Origin: Mobula hypostoma
Lineage: Eukaryota
Direction of reading: 5' to 3'
Assembly (NCBI RefSeq): GCF_963921235.1
Contig: NC_086101.1
Coordinates: forward strand, 7,132,001 to 7,196,000
Length of the DNA stretch: 64,000 nt
The position numbers and the translations under genes were made by a program. Positions within the stretch are counted from its first letter, which is position 1, and every line of letters begins with the position of its first letter. Of the stretch, positions 23,310 to 36,400 are shown piece after piece. The notes beneath the pieces are model-generated. The model was given only the letters and a program-made list of their open reading frames with translations. It was not told the DNA's origin and ran no database searches.

Positions 23310-24665
23310 AAGACTGTAAGATGTAGGAGCAGAATTGGGCCATTCAACCCATCAAGTCTGCCCTGCCATTTTATCATGGCTTATCACTTCCTTCTCAACC
23401 CCATTCTCCTGCATTCTCCCCATAATCTTTCATGACCTGACTCATCATGAAAATACCAACCTCCATCTGAAATTCACCCAGTGACTTGACCTCCACAGTC
23501 ACATGTGGCATCAAATTCCACCTATTCACCACCCGTGGGCTAAAGAAGTCTCTCCTCAACTCTGCTATAGATGGATGTCCCTCTATTTTGAGGGTCTACA
23601 CTCTGGTCCTAGATTCCCCCACCAAAGGAAACATCCTCTTCACATCCACTCTGCCTAGGCCTTTCAGCATTCAATAGGTTTCAATGAGATCCTCCTCGTT
23701 CTTCTAAATTCCAGCGAGTACAGGCACAGAGCCTTCAATTGCTGCTCATATGAAAACGCCTTCATTCTGAGTCATTTTCGTCAACCTCCTTTGATCCCTC
23801 CCCAATGCTAGCACATCTCTTCTCAAATGAGGGGCTCAAAACTGCTCACAATACTCCAAGTGATGACTTGTCAGTGCCTTATCAAGACTCAGCATTACAT
23901 CTTTGCTTTTATACTTTACTTCTCTTGAAATGAATGCTAACATTACATCTGCCTCCCTCACCACCAATTCAACATGCAAATTAACTTTTAAGGAATCCTG
24001 CCAATGACTCCCAAATCCCTTTGCACCTCGGACTTTTGCATTTACTCAGCATGTAGAAAAGAGATAATTCTTTTATTCCTTCGACCAAAGTGCATGACCA
24101 TATATGTTCTGACACTATATTTCATCTTCCACCTCTTTGCACATTCTCCTAATCTGTCTAATTCCTTCTGCAGTGTCTCTGCTTCCTCAGTACCACCTGC
24201 CTCTCCACCAGTCTTCGTATTGTCCACAAACTTTGACACAAAGCCATCAATTTCATCATCCGAATCACTGACAGACAACATAAAAAGAAGCGGTCCCAGC
24301 AGACTCCTATGGAATACCACTAATCACCGGCAGCCAATCCAAAAAGGATGCCTTTATTCCCACTCTTTGCTTCATGCCAATCAGCCAATGCTCTATCCAT
24401 GCAATTATCTTTCCACTAATACTTATCGTTCAGCAGCCTCATGTGCAGCACCTTGTCAAAACCCTTCTGAAAATTTAAGTACACAACATCCACTGATACC
24501 CTTTTGACTACCCTGCTTGTTATTTCTTCAAAAAATTCCACCAGATTGTCAGACAAGATTTTCCTTTAAGGGAACCATGCAGAGTTTGGCTGATTTTCTC
24601 ATGGGTCTCTAAGTACACTGAAATCACATCCTTAGCAATCAACTGCAACATCTTCCCAAGCATGA
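23310..24665 (-). mobile_element. CR1 LINE fragment
   Basis: LGPLLF..DGFVSKFVDNTK.GG remnant and 3' tail. Confidence 0.88.
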
Positions 24666-24684
24666 AAGAACAAGATAAAAGAGT

Positions 24685-25350
24685 CCATAAGACATAGAAG
24701 CAGAATTAGGCCATTCAGCCCATTGAGTCTGCTCCACCACTCCATCATGGCTGATTCTGGATCCCACTCAACCCCATACACCTGTCTTCTCGCCATAACC
24801 TTTGATGCCCTGGCCGATCAAGACGCTATCAACTTCTGTCTTAAATATACCCACAGACTTGACCCACACCATGACCATTGCACAGATTTACTACTCTCTG
24901 CCACTCTCTGGCTAAAAAACATTCCTCCTTATCTCTGTTCTAAAGGGTCGCCTCCTCAATTTTGAGGCTTGTTCCTGATACCCCAGAGGAAACATCGTCT
25001 CCATATTCTCCCTATCTAGTCCTTTCAACATTTGGTAGGTTTCAATGAGGTTCCCAACCGTGCCCCCACATTCATCTAAATTCCAGTGGGTACAGGTGCA
25101 AAGCTTTCAAACACTCATTTTATGTTAACCCTTGCATTCCTGGAATCATCCTCATGAACCTCCTCTGGACTGTTTCCAATGACAACACATCCTTTCTGAG
25201 AAATGGGGCTCAAAACTGTTGACAATACTCCAGGTGTGGCCTGACTAGTGTCCATAAAGTCTCAGCATTATCTTCTTGCTTTTATATTCTATTCCCCTTG
25301 AAATAAATGACAGCATTGCATTTTCCTTCTTTACCACAGACTCAACCTGT
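24685..25350 (-). mobile_element. CR1 LINE 3' fragment
   Basis: Tail CCATAAGACATAG and C-terminal ORF2 remnants. Confidence 0.82.
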
Positions 25351-25369
25351 ATACAAAAGTGATATTGTA

Positions 25370-26812
25370 AAGTAAAAGCTTTTTCCAGCATGTAAAAAAT
25401 ATAAGAGAGATGAGAGTGGATATAGGACCTCTAGAAAATGAGGAGGGAGAAATAATAGTGGAGGGCAAAGAGATAGCAGATGAACTAAATAAGCAATTTG
25501 CATCAGTCTTCACTGTTCCAGATGTTGAGGGGTGTGAGGGAAGAGAAGTGAGTACAGTTACTATTACAAGGGAGCAGGTAATCAAAAAGCTGGAAGACCT
25601 GAGTCACCCAGAGCAGATGAACTATACCCTAGGGTTCTGAAAGAAATAGTGGTGGAGATTGTGGAGGCATTAGTAACGATCTTTCAAAAATCATTGGACT
25701 CTGGCATGGTACTTTATACTTTACACTTTATTTTCACCAAACAATTGATACTAGAATGTACAATCATCACAGTGATATTTGATTCTGCGCTTCCCGCTCC
25801 CTGGATTACAAATCAATGGTAAATATTAAAAATTTAAATTATAAATCATAAATAGGAAAATGGAAAGTAAGGTAGTGCAAAAAAACCGAGAGGCAGGTCC
25901 GGATATTTGGAGGGTACGGTCCAGATCCGGGTCAGGATCCACTCAGCAGTCTTATCACAGTTGGAAAGAAGCTGTACCCCAATCTGGCCGTAGGCCATAG
26001 GTGCCATAGGGATTGGAAAATTGCAAATGTTACTCCACTCCTTAAGAACCTGTTGGAATTCTTTGAGGAGATTACATGTAGGATAGATAAAGGGGATGCA
26101 GTGGATGTTGTATACTGGACTTTCAGAAGGCCTTTGACAAGGTGCCACAAGGGAGAATTTAAGAGCCCATGGTATTCCAGGAGAATTATTGGCATAGTTA
26201 GAGCATTGACTGATTGGCAGGAGCAGTGAGTGGTTGGCTGCCAGTGACTAGTGGTGTTCTGAGGGAATGGCATTGGGACTGTTTCTCTTTATGCTGTATA
26301 TCAATAATTTAGATGATGGAATAGATGGTCTTGTTGCCAAGTTTGCAGATGATACGAAGATTGGTGGAGGGGCAGGTAGTGTTGAGGAAACAGGCAGGCT
26401 GCAGAAGGATGTAGACAGATTAGGAGAATGGGGAAGAGAGTGGCAAATGAAATACAAGGTTGGAAAATGCATGGTCATGCACTTTGGTAGTAGAAATAAA
26501 TATGCAGATTATGTTCTAAATGGGGAGAAAATCTAAAAATCTCAGATGTTCAGGGACTTGGGAGTCCTTGTGCAGAACACCCTTAAGGTTAACTTGCAGG
26601 TAGAGTCGGTGGTGAGGAAGGCAAATACAATGTCAGCATTCATTTCAAGAGGTCTAGAATACAAGAGCAGGGATGTGATGCTGAGGCTTTATAAGGCACT
26701 GGTGAGGCCTCACCTTGAGTATTGTGAACAGTTTTGGCTCCTCATCCGAGAAGTTCTGCTGGCATTGGAGAGTGTCCGGATGAGGTTCAGAAGGATGATT
26801 CCGGGAATGAAA
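25370..26812 (+). mobile_element. CR1 LINE fragment, interrupted at ~25710-25995 by another LINE tail
   Basis: [32 protein letters not shown]. Confidence 0.88.
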
Positions 26813-26814
26813 TT

Positions 26815-27160
26815 GCCCTATCATCTGCCTGTCCTTCCTGACCCTACCTACTAACATCCCTATCACTCCGGATCTCACCCATCTGTCAAGTTGCGCAGTA
26901 CCAAGCAGAACCAGAAGTTGGTTTAAACCCTCCCCAACAGCTCTAGCTGTTAAACCTGTCGGCAAGGATATTGGTTCCCCCTCGGGTTTAGGTGTAGCCT
27001 GTCCCTTTTGTACAGATTATAGGATCCCCAGAAGAGATTCCAATGTCCAGAAATCTGTTCTTCCCCACCCCCCCCCCACCCCCGCACCAATTCCTGAGCC
27101 ACGAATCCATCTGCGAAATCATCCTATTCTGCAATTTAGAGATTGTTGCCCTGGAAGTAT
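26815..27160 (-). mobile_element. CR1 ORF1 (SGNH-esterase-like) C-terminal remnant
   Basis: Minus strand encodes an HWNLFWG..LYKRD.LHLN-like peptide. Confidence 0.55.
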
Positions 27161-27418
27161 TGATTGCTTTTATAATAAATTTACTTTAAACTTTGTGATA
27201 ATTTCTAATTTCTTTCGTCATCGATTTTTTTTTATACATTCGCAGACTCATTTTAACAGCGCCCCCCTCAGTAAAGTAATTTAATGGATTTAACACAGCC
27301 GTCCCAGTTTCGATGAGTAACAATTCCAGAATGCTCTGCGTTTGTTTCCTGGTTCTGCGTGACGGCCGTCGGGAGACACGGTTAAAGTCCACTGGATCAG
27401 CAAGATTCGGGAATAAGC

Positions 27419-27829
27419 ATGGCTTCAAAACGGCAGGTTTGGAGTTTAACTCAGGATCTGATCTGTCCCATCTGCCTGGATTTCTTCATCGATCCGGTGT
27501 CACTGGAGTGTGAACATATCTTCTGCCGCTCCTGCGTCTCACAGTATTGGGCCAACGCGGGGAGAAACTCCTGCCCCGAATGTAAAGAGGTTTTGGCGGA
27601 CCACACCCTCAAGGTCAACCGCGCCTTAGCAAGACTGGCCGAGAGAGCTCGAAAACTAAGTCTGAATCCGAGAGAGAAGGAAAGTAAACTTAACTGCGAG
27701 GAACATGAGGAAGAGCTGAAGCTGTTTTGTGAGACCGACAAGAAACTGATCTGTGTGATCTGTGCGGCTGCGTGGGAGCACAGGGAGCACCGCTTTCGGA
27801 CGATTAAAGAAGCTGTCGACGTCTACAAG
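27419..27829 (+). CDS. TRIM-2 exon 1, RING + B-box2
   Basis: [23 protein letters not shown]....C..C.....H..H; GTAAAT donor. Confidence 0.96.
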
Positions 27830-30800
27830 GTAAATAGAAAAATAATTTGATAATGCGATTATTCATTTCCAGTTCTTACATTTTCTTTCTATTTACAAAC
27901 GCAATTCTTAGGCTCAGATGAAATCTTTGATGGCATCGCTTACAAAAAGCATATCAGCGATCCAGGAAAAGGAACAGCTTCAAAAACAGAAGATTTCTGG
28001 ACTCAAGGTGGGTTCTTCTTCTAAAGCCGCGACTTTGTGTCGATTTGTTGCCGTTATTGTTTTGCAATAATTAATGCCCGCCATGCATTTGACAGGAACA
28101 GTCATACCTACTGCAGTCACACTTCAGAACGGAATTCTCCAAAATGCACCAGATTCTCGCTGAGAGAGAGCAGCGCTTACTCAGAGAACTCAGGGAAGAA
28201 GAGAAGAGGATTCTAAACCGAATGGAGGAAAATCTTCGAGTGATTCAAGAAGATTTAATTTCTGCACAGCGGAAACTCTCAAACTATCAGAAAAAGTTGC
28301 AACAAGAAGGCGCTGTGGTGTTTCTCCAGGTGAGGGATTATATTTCAGACGAGTTAGTTGAAAACGCAGTTACAAAGCAGTAGACGGCAGTTTTGAAAGA
28401 CACAGTATTGTCATCAACTTAAGCTGATCTACAGGAGACGAATGTTTCTTCTGTTTCGGAGTGGTTCTGCCACTGTGATCAAGCTAACTTGTCCCCCACA
28501 AAATCAGTACAATCCTTGTAATGCCTCCTGTTCCCGTCCTCAGCCGCGGGAATCATCTGTTGCAATCCTGTAACAGAGAGAATCAGAATCAGAAACAGGT
28601 TTATTATCCCCGGCATGCGTCCTGGAGTTTGTAGCAAGCAGCAGTTCGATGCAATACATAATATAGAAGAGAGAAATAACAGAAATAATTGTATATTAAA
28701 ACAATGAGGGATGTTCACGGGTTTAGTGTCCATTCACGATCGGATGGCAGAGGGGAAGAAGCTGTTTCTGAATCGTTGAGTGTGTGTTTTCTGGCTTCCG
28801 TCCCTCCTGCTTGATGGTAACAGTGAGAAAAAGCATTCATAATTGACGCTGCCTTTCTGAGACACCGCTCCTTAAAGATGTCCCGAGTACTTTGTAGGCG
28901 AGTACCCAAGATGGAGCCGACTAAATTTACAACCCTCTGCAGCTTCTTTCGGTCCTGTGCAGTAGCGCCCCCTCCCCCCACACCAGACAGTGATGCAGCC
29001 TGTCAGAATGCTCTCCACGGTACATCTGTAGAAGTTTTTGAGTGTATTGGTTGACATGCCAGATCCCTTCAAACTCCTAATAAAGTATAACCACTGCCTT
29101 GCCTTCTTTATAACTACATCGATATGTCGGGACCAGGTTTTGTCCTCAGAGATCGTGACACCCAGGAATTTGAAACTGCTCACTCTCTCCTCTTCTGATC
29201 CCTCTATGACGATTGGTGTGTGTTCCCTCGTCTTACCCTCCCTAAGCCCACAATCAGCTCTTTCGTCTTTCTGAAGGTCCACAATCAGCTCTTTCTTCTT
29301 GCTTCGGCACCACTCCACCAGTTGGCATATCTCACTCCTGTATGCCTTCTCGTCACCATTTGAGATTCTACAACAAGGTTGTATCATCAGGAAATTTATA
29401 AATAGTATTTGAGCTATGCCGAGCCACACAGTTGTAGTCATAGTATAGTCATAGTCATAGTCATACTTTATAGATCCCGGGGGAAATTGGTTTTTGTTAC
29501 AGTTGCACCATAAATAATAAACAATAATAAAACCATAAATAGTTAAATAGTAATACGTAAATTGTGTCAGGAAATAAGTCGAGGACCAGCCTATTGGCTC
29601 AGGGTGTCTGACCCTCCTAGGGAGGAGTTGTAAAGTTTGATGGCCACAGGCAGGAATGACTTCCTATGACGCCCTGTGTTGCATCTCGGTGGAATGAGTC
29701 TCTGGCTGAATGTACTCCTGTGCCCACCCAGTACATTGTGTAGTGGATGGGAGACATTGTCCAAGATGACATGCAACTTGGAGAGCATCCTCTTTTCAGA
29801 CACCACCATCAGAGAGTCCAGTTCCATCCCCACAACATCACTGGCCTTACGAAAGAGTTTGTTGCTTCTGTTGGTGTCTGCTACCCTCAGCCTGCTGCCC
29901 CAGCACACAACAGCAAACATGATAGCACTGGCCACCACAGACTTGTGGAACATCCTCTGCATCGTCCAGCAGATGTTAAAGGACCTCCGTCTCCTCAGGA
30001 AATAGAGATGGCTCTGACCTTTCTTGTAGACAGCCTCAGTGTTCTTTGACCAGTCCAGTTTATAGTCAATTCATATCCCCTGGTATTTGTAATCCTCCAC
30101 CAAGTCCACACTGACCCCTTGGATAGATACAGGGGTCACTGGTACCTTAGCTCTCCTCAGGTCTACCACCAGCTCCTTAGTCTTTTTCACATTAAGCTGC
30201 AGATAATTCTGCTCACACCATGTGACAAAGTTTTGTACTGAAGCCCTGTACTCAGCCTCATCTCCCTTGCTGATGCATCCAACTATGGCAGAGTCATCAG
30301 AAAATTTCTGAAGATGACAAGATGCTGTGCAGTAGTTGAAGTCCGAGGTGTAAATGGTGAAGAGAAAGGGAGACAAAACAGTCCCCTGTGGAGCCCCAGT
30401 GCTGCTGATCACTCTGTCGGACACACAGTGTTGCAAGCACACGTACTGTGGTCTGCCAGTCAGGTAATCAATAATCCATGACATCAGGGAAGCATCCACC
30501 TGCATCGCTGTCAGCTTCTCCCCCAGCAGAGCAGGGTGGATGGTGTTGAATGCACTGGAGAAGTCAAAAAACATGACCCTCACAGTGCTTGCTGGCTTGT
30601 CCAGGTGGGTGTAGACATGGTTCAGCAGGTAGACGATGGCATCCTCAACTCCTAGTCAGGGCTGGTAGGCGAACTGGAGAGGATCTAAGTGTGGTCTGAC
30701 CATAGGCCGGAGCAGCTCCAGAACAAGTCTCTCCAGGGTCTTCATGATGTGGGAGGTCAATGCCACTGGTCTGTAGTCATTGAGGCCGCTGGGGCGCGGC

Positions 30801-33390
30801 GTCTTCGGCACAGGGACGAGGCAGGACATCTTCTACAGCACAGAATCCCTCTGGAGCCTTAGGCTCAGGTTGAATACATGGCAAATTACTCCACATAGCT
30901 GAGGGGCACAGGCTTTGAGCACCCTGGTACTGACACCATCTGGTCCTGCAGCCTTGCTTGGGTTGAGACGTTTCAGCTGTCTTCTCACCTGTTCAGCATG
31001 AAGCCCATCATGGTGGTTTCGTGTGGGGAAGGGGTATAGTCATGAGAGCAGAGTGGGGGACTGTGAGGAGGGATTGGAGGGGAGAGTGGAATATGTGTTG
31101 ATGGGGGGCCAACAACAGATGGCTCATGTGGGGGATGGGCAGGGGCCACAATGTCAAATCTGTTAAAGAACAGGTTAAGTTCGTTGGCCCTGTCCACACT
31201 GCCTTCAGCTCCTCTGTTGCTAGTTTGCCAGACCCAGTGATGATTCTCATCCCCCTCCAGACCTCTCTCATGTTGTTCTGCTGGAGTTTCCTCTCAAGCT
31301 TCCTCCTGTACCTGTCTTTAGCCTCCCTGATCCTGGCTTTCAGGTCCCTCTGTATTGTCCTCAGCTCCTCCCTATTTCCATCTCTAAACGCCCTCTTTTT
31401 AGCGTTCAGGATGCCCTTAATGTCCTTTGTTACCCATGGCTTGTTTTTTTAATAACAAAGGATAGTTCTTGTCGGAACATTGCAGTCCACACAGAAGTTG
31501 ATGTAATCAGTGATGCACTCTGTGAGCCCATCAACATCCTCTTCATGTGGCTCACAGAGTGCCTGCCAGTCTGTCACCTCAAAACAACCCTGGAGCGTCT
31601 CATAAGCCTCCTCCGACCATTTTCTCACTGTCCTCGAGGTTGCAGGTTTACTCTTCACCAGAGGCACATAGCAGGGTTTTAGATGCACCAGGCTGTGATC
31701 TGACCTTCCCAGTGGGGGGGGGGGGGGGGGGAGAGAGCGGAGAGGAACTGTATGCATCCTTAACGTTAGCGTACATCAAATCCAGAGTCCTCTCCCCTCT
31801 GGTTGGATAATATGGCCGGAGTCCAACAGCAAAAAGTTCAATATCCAGGCTACGAACATGTTCCTTGATCGTAATATGCCCAGAACTGCACCATCTGTTG
31901 TTTACCAGAACCGCAAGCAGCCCCCCCTCCCCGCCCTTTACGCTTACGCTCTCAGTGCAATTCCGGTCATCTCGCACGGTCTGGAAGCCCTCTATGGAAA
32001 CGCTTTGATCGGGTATGTCCTCGTGCAGCCACGTTTCAGTAAAACACATGACATTGCTCTCCCGAAAAGTTCTCTGACTCCTGACAAGCGTCGTCAATTC
32101 GTCCATTTTATTCCCCAGTGACCTCACATTTCCCCTGATGAGAGAGGGGAGACACGGCTTATAACTTCTCTTCTCCATAAGCCTCTGTTGTCTCAACCCG
32201 GTCCTCTTCCCTCGCCTTTTTGATCCCCCTCTGCATCCTCTGTGTGTTTTCCTCCAGATTTCAGCCGGGATGTCCGCTGCTCTATTCGCTAAACCGTCCG
32301 GCATGAGCGCAATCAGCTGGTCCCTGGAATACACAATGCGGCCGTCCTGCTGCCCCGCTAACGAGACGTGTCCGAATGTAACTATTTCCAGTGCTAAAAA
32401 AAACAAGTAAAACTCTCTCCACCAGCATGTTAGAGAGGGTGCAGCTTCAACGTGTTACCGTGAGAAAAAAAATACAACAAATAACCTAAGTTAAAAAGTT
32501 TAAAAAGTAAGAAACTAAATGAGCAACTGTAACAGGCTGCACGACCGGCGCATGCGCACTAACGTCGTGGGTATAGAGAGAGTAGAGCAGTGGGCTAAGC
32601 ACACCCCCCGGAGGTGCACGTCAGTGAGGAGGAGATGTTGTCACCAATCCGCACAGATTGTGGTCTTCTGGTTAGGAAGTCGAGGATCCAGTTGCAGAGG
32701 GAGGTACAGAGGCCCAGGTTCTGTAACTTATCAATCAGGATCGTGGGAATGATGGTGTTAAATGCTGACCTATAGTCGATGAATAGTATCTTGACATAAG
32801 AGCGTAATTGTATCGCATGTTATCCATTTCCTTGAACCTGATATCCAAATACAAATACACATATAAACCATAAACAGGAGAAAGTCTGCAGATGCTGGAA
32901 ATCCAAATCAACATGCAGTTAAGCTGGAGGAAGTCAGTCGGTCAGGCAGGCTCAAAGATTCAAAGTACAATTATCATCGAAGTGTATATGCATTGTACAT
33001 CCCCGAGATTCGTCTTCCCCATGGCCAGTCACGAAGCAAAGAAAACGATGGAACCCGTTCAAAGAAATTCATCACCACCGCCCCTCACCCACAACGCAAA
33101 CGGCACAAGATAACAGCGAACAGCACAGGAAATGTCCAGTTTTAGTTCCATTCAGTGCAATCTAGCGCTGTGTTGTTCGTTGACTGTCAGCCTGCCCGGA
33201 TCAAAATTGCACAAAATAACAAGAAAGGATCAAACAAAAACGAGGGAAAAAAACCATCAGAACGTGAACTACAGGGTCCAATCCACAAACCGTGCCCACT
33301 GAACCTTGCCAAAGACCCAGGACTCCGGCAGGTGGCAGCATTGAGCGAAAGGGGGAGAGAGGCCAAGCGAACGCAGGCACTCTCCTCCGG

Positions 33391-33431
<41 letters not shown>

Positions 33432-36400
33432 GCGAACGCAATCACCTTTCTCCAGGATCTATGGAAATGAACAAACGGTCGACGTTTCAGGCCTAGACCG
33501 TTCCTGCAGACTAAAAAGGAAGGTGGAAGACGCCAGAATAAAAAGGTGGAGGGAGATGGGATGTAGGATACCTAGAAGGTGATAGGTGAAGTCAGGTGCG
33601 TTGGAAAGGTAAAGGGCTGGAGAGGAAGGAATCTGATAGGAGAGGAGAGTGGACCAAAGGAGAAAATGAAGGAGGAACGGACCCAGGGGGAGGTGATAGA
33701 CAGATGAGAATGGGGCAGAGTGGGGAAAAGAAGAAGATGGGAGGGGTGGGATTTTTTTAAAACTGGAAGGCGAAATTGATATTCATGTCATCAGGTTGGA
33801 GGCAACCCAGACGGAATATTACGCGTTGCTCCTGCACTCTGAGGTTGGCCTCTTCTTGGCCGAAGAGAAGGCCATGGACCGACATGTTGGAACGCGAATG
33901 GGAATCGGAATTAAATGTTTGGCCACCGGGAAGTTCCGCTTTTTGCGAATGGAGAGGAGGTGCTCGACGAAGCGATCCTCCAATTTACGACGGGTCTCGG
34001 TAATGTATAGGAGGTCGTATTGGGAACACCTGACAGAATAGACGACTCCAACAAACTCACAGGTGAAGTGCTGCCTCACCTGGAAAGACACATGTCTGAT
34101 GTAATGTCCTGCAGGCACTGCAGGAGAAGGACGTGATGGACACAGTGGGGTGGTTCCCTGAGCAGACTGTCCAGCTCATCTGGCAAAATGCCTCATCACC
34201 AGATCTCACCAACAGGCACCAGGACCTTGCCTGGCTGGCGGTGAGAGGGACCCTTCCAGTCAGATCCCTCCTGTGCGCCCGGAACTTCGTATCCGCACCC
34301 CACTGCCCACAGGCGGGCTGCAGTGAGGAGGAGTCTGTGACCCACCTCTTTGCACACTGTCAGTTTACAGAGAGGGTGTGGAGGAGGATGGACAGGCTAG
34401 TGTCAAGTTTCATCCCCAGCAGCTGCGTAACAGAGGACTCTCTGATCTACGGGCTGTTCCCGGGGACGCACACGGAGACCAACATTCGGTGCTGCTGGCA
34501 GATCATCAACTCGGTGAAAGACGCTCTTTGGTTGGCCAGAAACTTGATGATCTACCCACACGTGGAGATGTCCGTGGGAGAATGCTGCCGACTGGCACAT
34601 TCTCGGCTGCAGGAGTACGTGCTGAGGGACGCACTGAAACTCGGTGCAGCCGCTGCAAGGGCCCGGTGGGGAAGGACCGCATGGGAGGTTAGTTAGTTAG
34701 GTATACGTGGAGAGGTGGTTAATTGGATTAGACATTGGCTCGATGGAAGAAGCCAGAGAGTGGTGGTAGAGAATTACTTCTCCGAGTGGAGGCCTGTGAC
34801 TAGTGGTGTGCCACAGGGATCAGTGCTGGGTCCATTGTTATTTGTCATCTGTATCAATGATCTGGATGATAATGTGGTAAATTGGATCAGCAAATTTGCT
34901 GATGATACAAAGATTGGAGGTGTAGTAGACAGTGAGGAAGGTTTTCAGAGCCTGCAGAGGGACTTGGATCAGCTGGAAAAATGGGCTGAAGAATGGCAGA
35001 TGGAGTTTAATACAGACAAGTGTGAGGTATTGCACGTTGGAAGGACAAACCAACGGAGAACATACAGGGTTAATGGTAAGGCACTGAGGAGTGCAGTGGA
35101 ACAGAGGGATCTGGGAATACAGATACAAAATTCCCTAAAAGTGGTGTCACAAGTAGATCGAGTCGTAAAGAGAGCTTTTGGTACATTGGCCTTTATTAAT
35201 CAAAGTATTGAGTATAAGAGCTGGAATGTTATGATGAGGTTGTATAAGGCATTGGTGAGGCCGAATCTGGAGTATTGTGTTCAGTTTTGGTCACCAAATT
35301 ACAGGAAGGATATAAATAAGGTTGAAAGAGTGCAGAGAAGGTTTACAAGGATGTTGCCGGGTCTTGAGAAACTGAATTACAGAGAAAGGTTGAATAGGTT
35401 AGGACTTTATTCCCTGGAGTGTAGAAGGATGGGGGGAGATTTGATAGAGGTATATAAAATTATGATGGATATGGATAGAGTGAATGAAAGCAGGCTTTTT
35501 CCACTGAGGCAAGGGGAGAAAAAAAAAACAGAGGACATGGGTTAAGGGTGAGAGGGGAAAAGTTTAAAGGGAACAATAGGGGGGGCTTCTTCACACAGAG
35601 AGTGGTGGGAGTATGGAGTGAGCTGCCAGACAAGGTGGTAAATGCGGGTTCTTTTTTAACATTTAAGAATAAATTGGACAGATACATGGATGGGAGGTGT
35701 ATGGAGGGATATGGTCCATGTGCAGGTCAGTGGGATTAGGCAGAAAATGGTTCGGCACAGCCAAGAAGGGCCAAAAGGCCTGTTTCTGTGCTGTAGTTTC
35801 TATGGTTTCTATGAGAGTGGGAGGGGTCGGGTGGTGGGGAGTATACCCCTCAACAATGGTGTGGGAAGGTGAACCAACAGTGTGCCACGTGGGTGGCCAA
35901 AAGTATGGATATGTAGAGAACATAAGGGAAACGTATGTAAAGTATTGAGAGTCATTGAATGGTTTATTGTAGATAATTTTGTTTTTGAATAAAGTATATT
36001 TTGAAATGTTAAAAATGTCTGATGTAATGGGTGTGAGAGGGACCTCATCGCTGATGGGAAACTAATGTTTAATTTCAGAACTTGACGCTTACAATAGATT
36101 GGTTATCTATATTCAGTTTCCATCAATCGCCTCTTTTAATAATTTTGGTTAAAGTGTATTCTGCATAGAATTACTTAGTGCTCTAGGTCGCCGACACGCA
36201 ATTCAACCCATCTGTTCTCCACTGATGTTCTTCCTTCAAAGTCAACGTCAGAGTTATTATCAAAGTGCGTATGTTACCACCTCCCCCTCGTACCCCATCT
36301 GTTACTTGTTTTTATACCCCACCTCCCCCTCGTACCCCATCTGTTACTTGTTTTTATTCTTTCTCTCATTCTCCTTTTTCTCCCTCTGTCCCTCTGAATA

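Noticed and set aside
24685..26812. Twin-primed single CR1 insertion
   Set aside because: The two oppositely oriented pieces overlap in element coordinates and differ in sequence, so they are independent insertions.
27180..27418. ISRE in the TRIM-2 upstream region
   Set aside because: Only isolated TTTC half-sites; no convincing GAAANNGAAA match, and the TSS is unknown.
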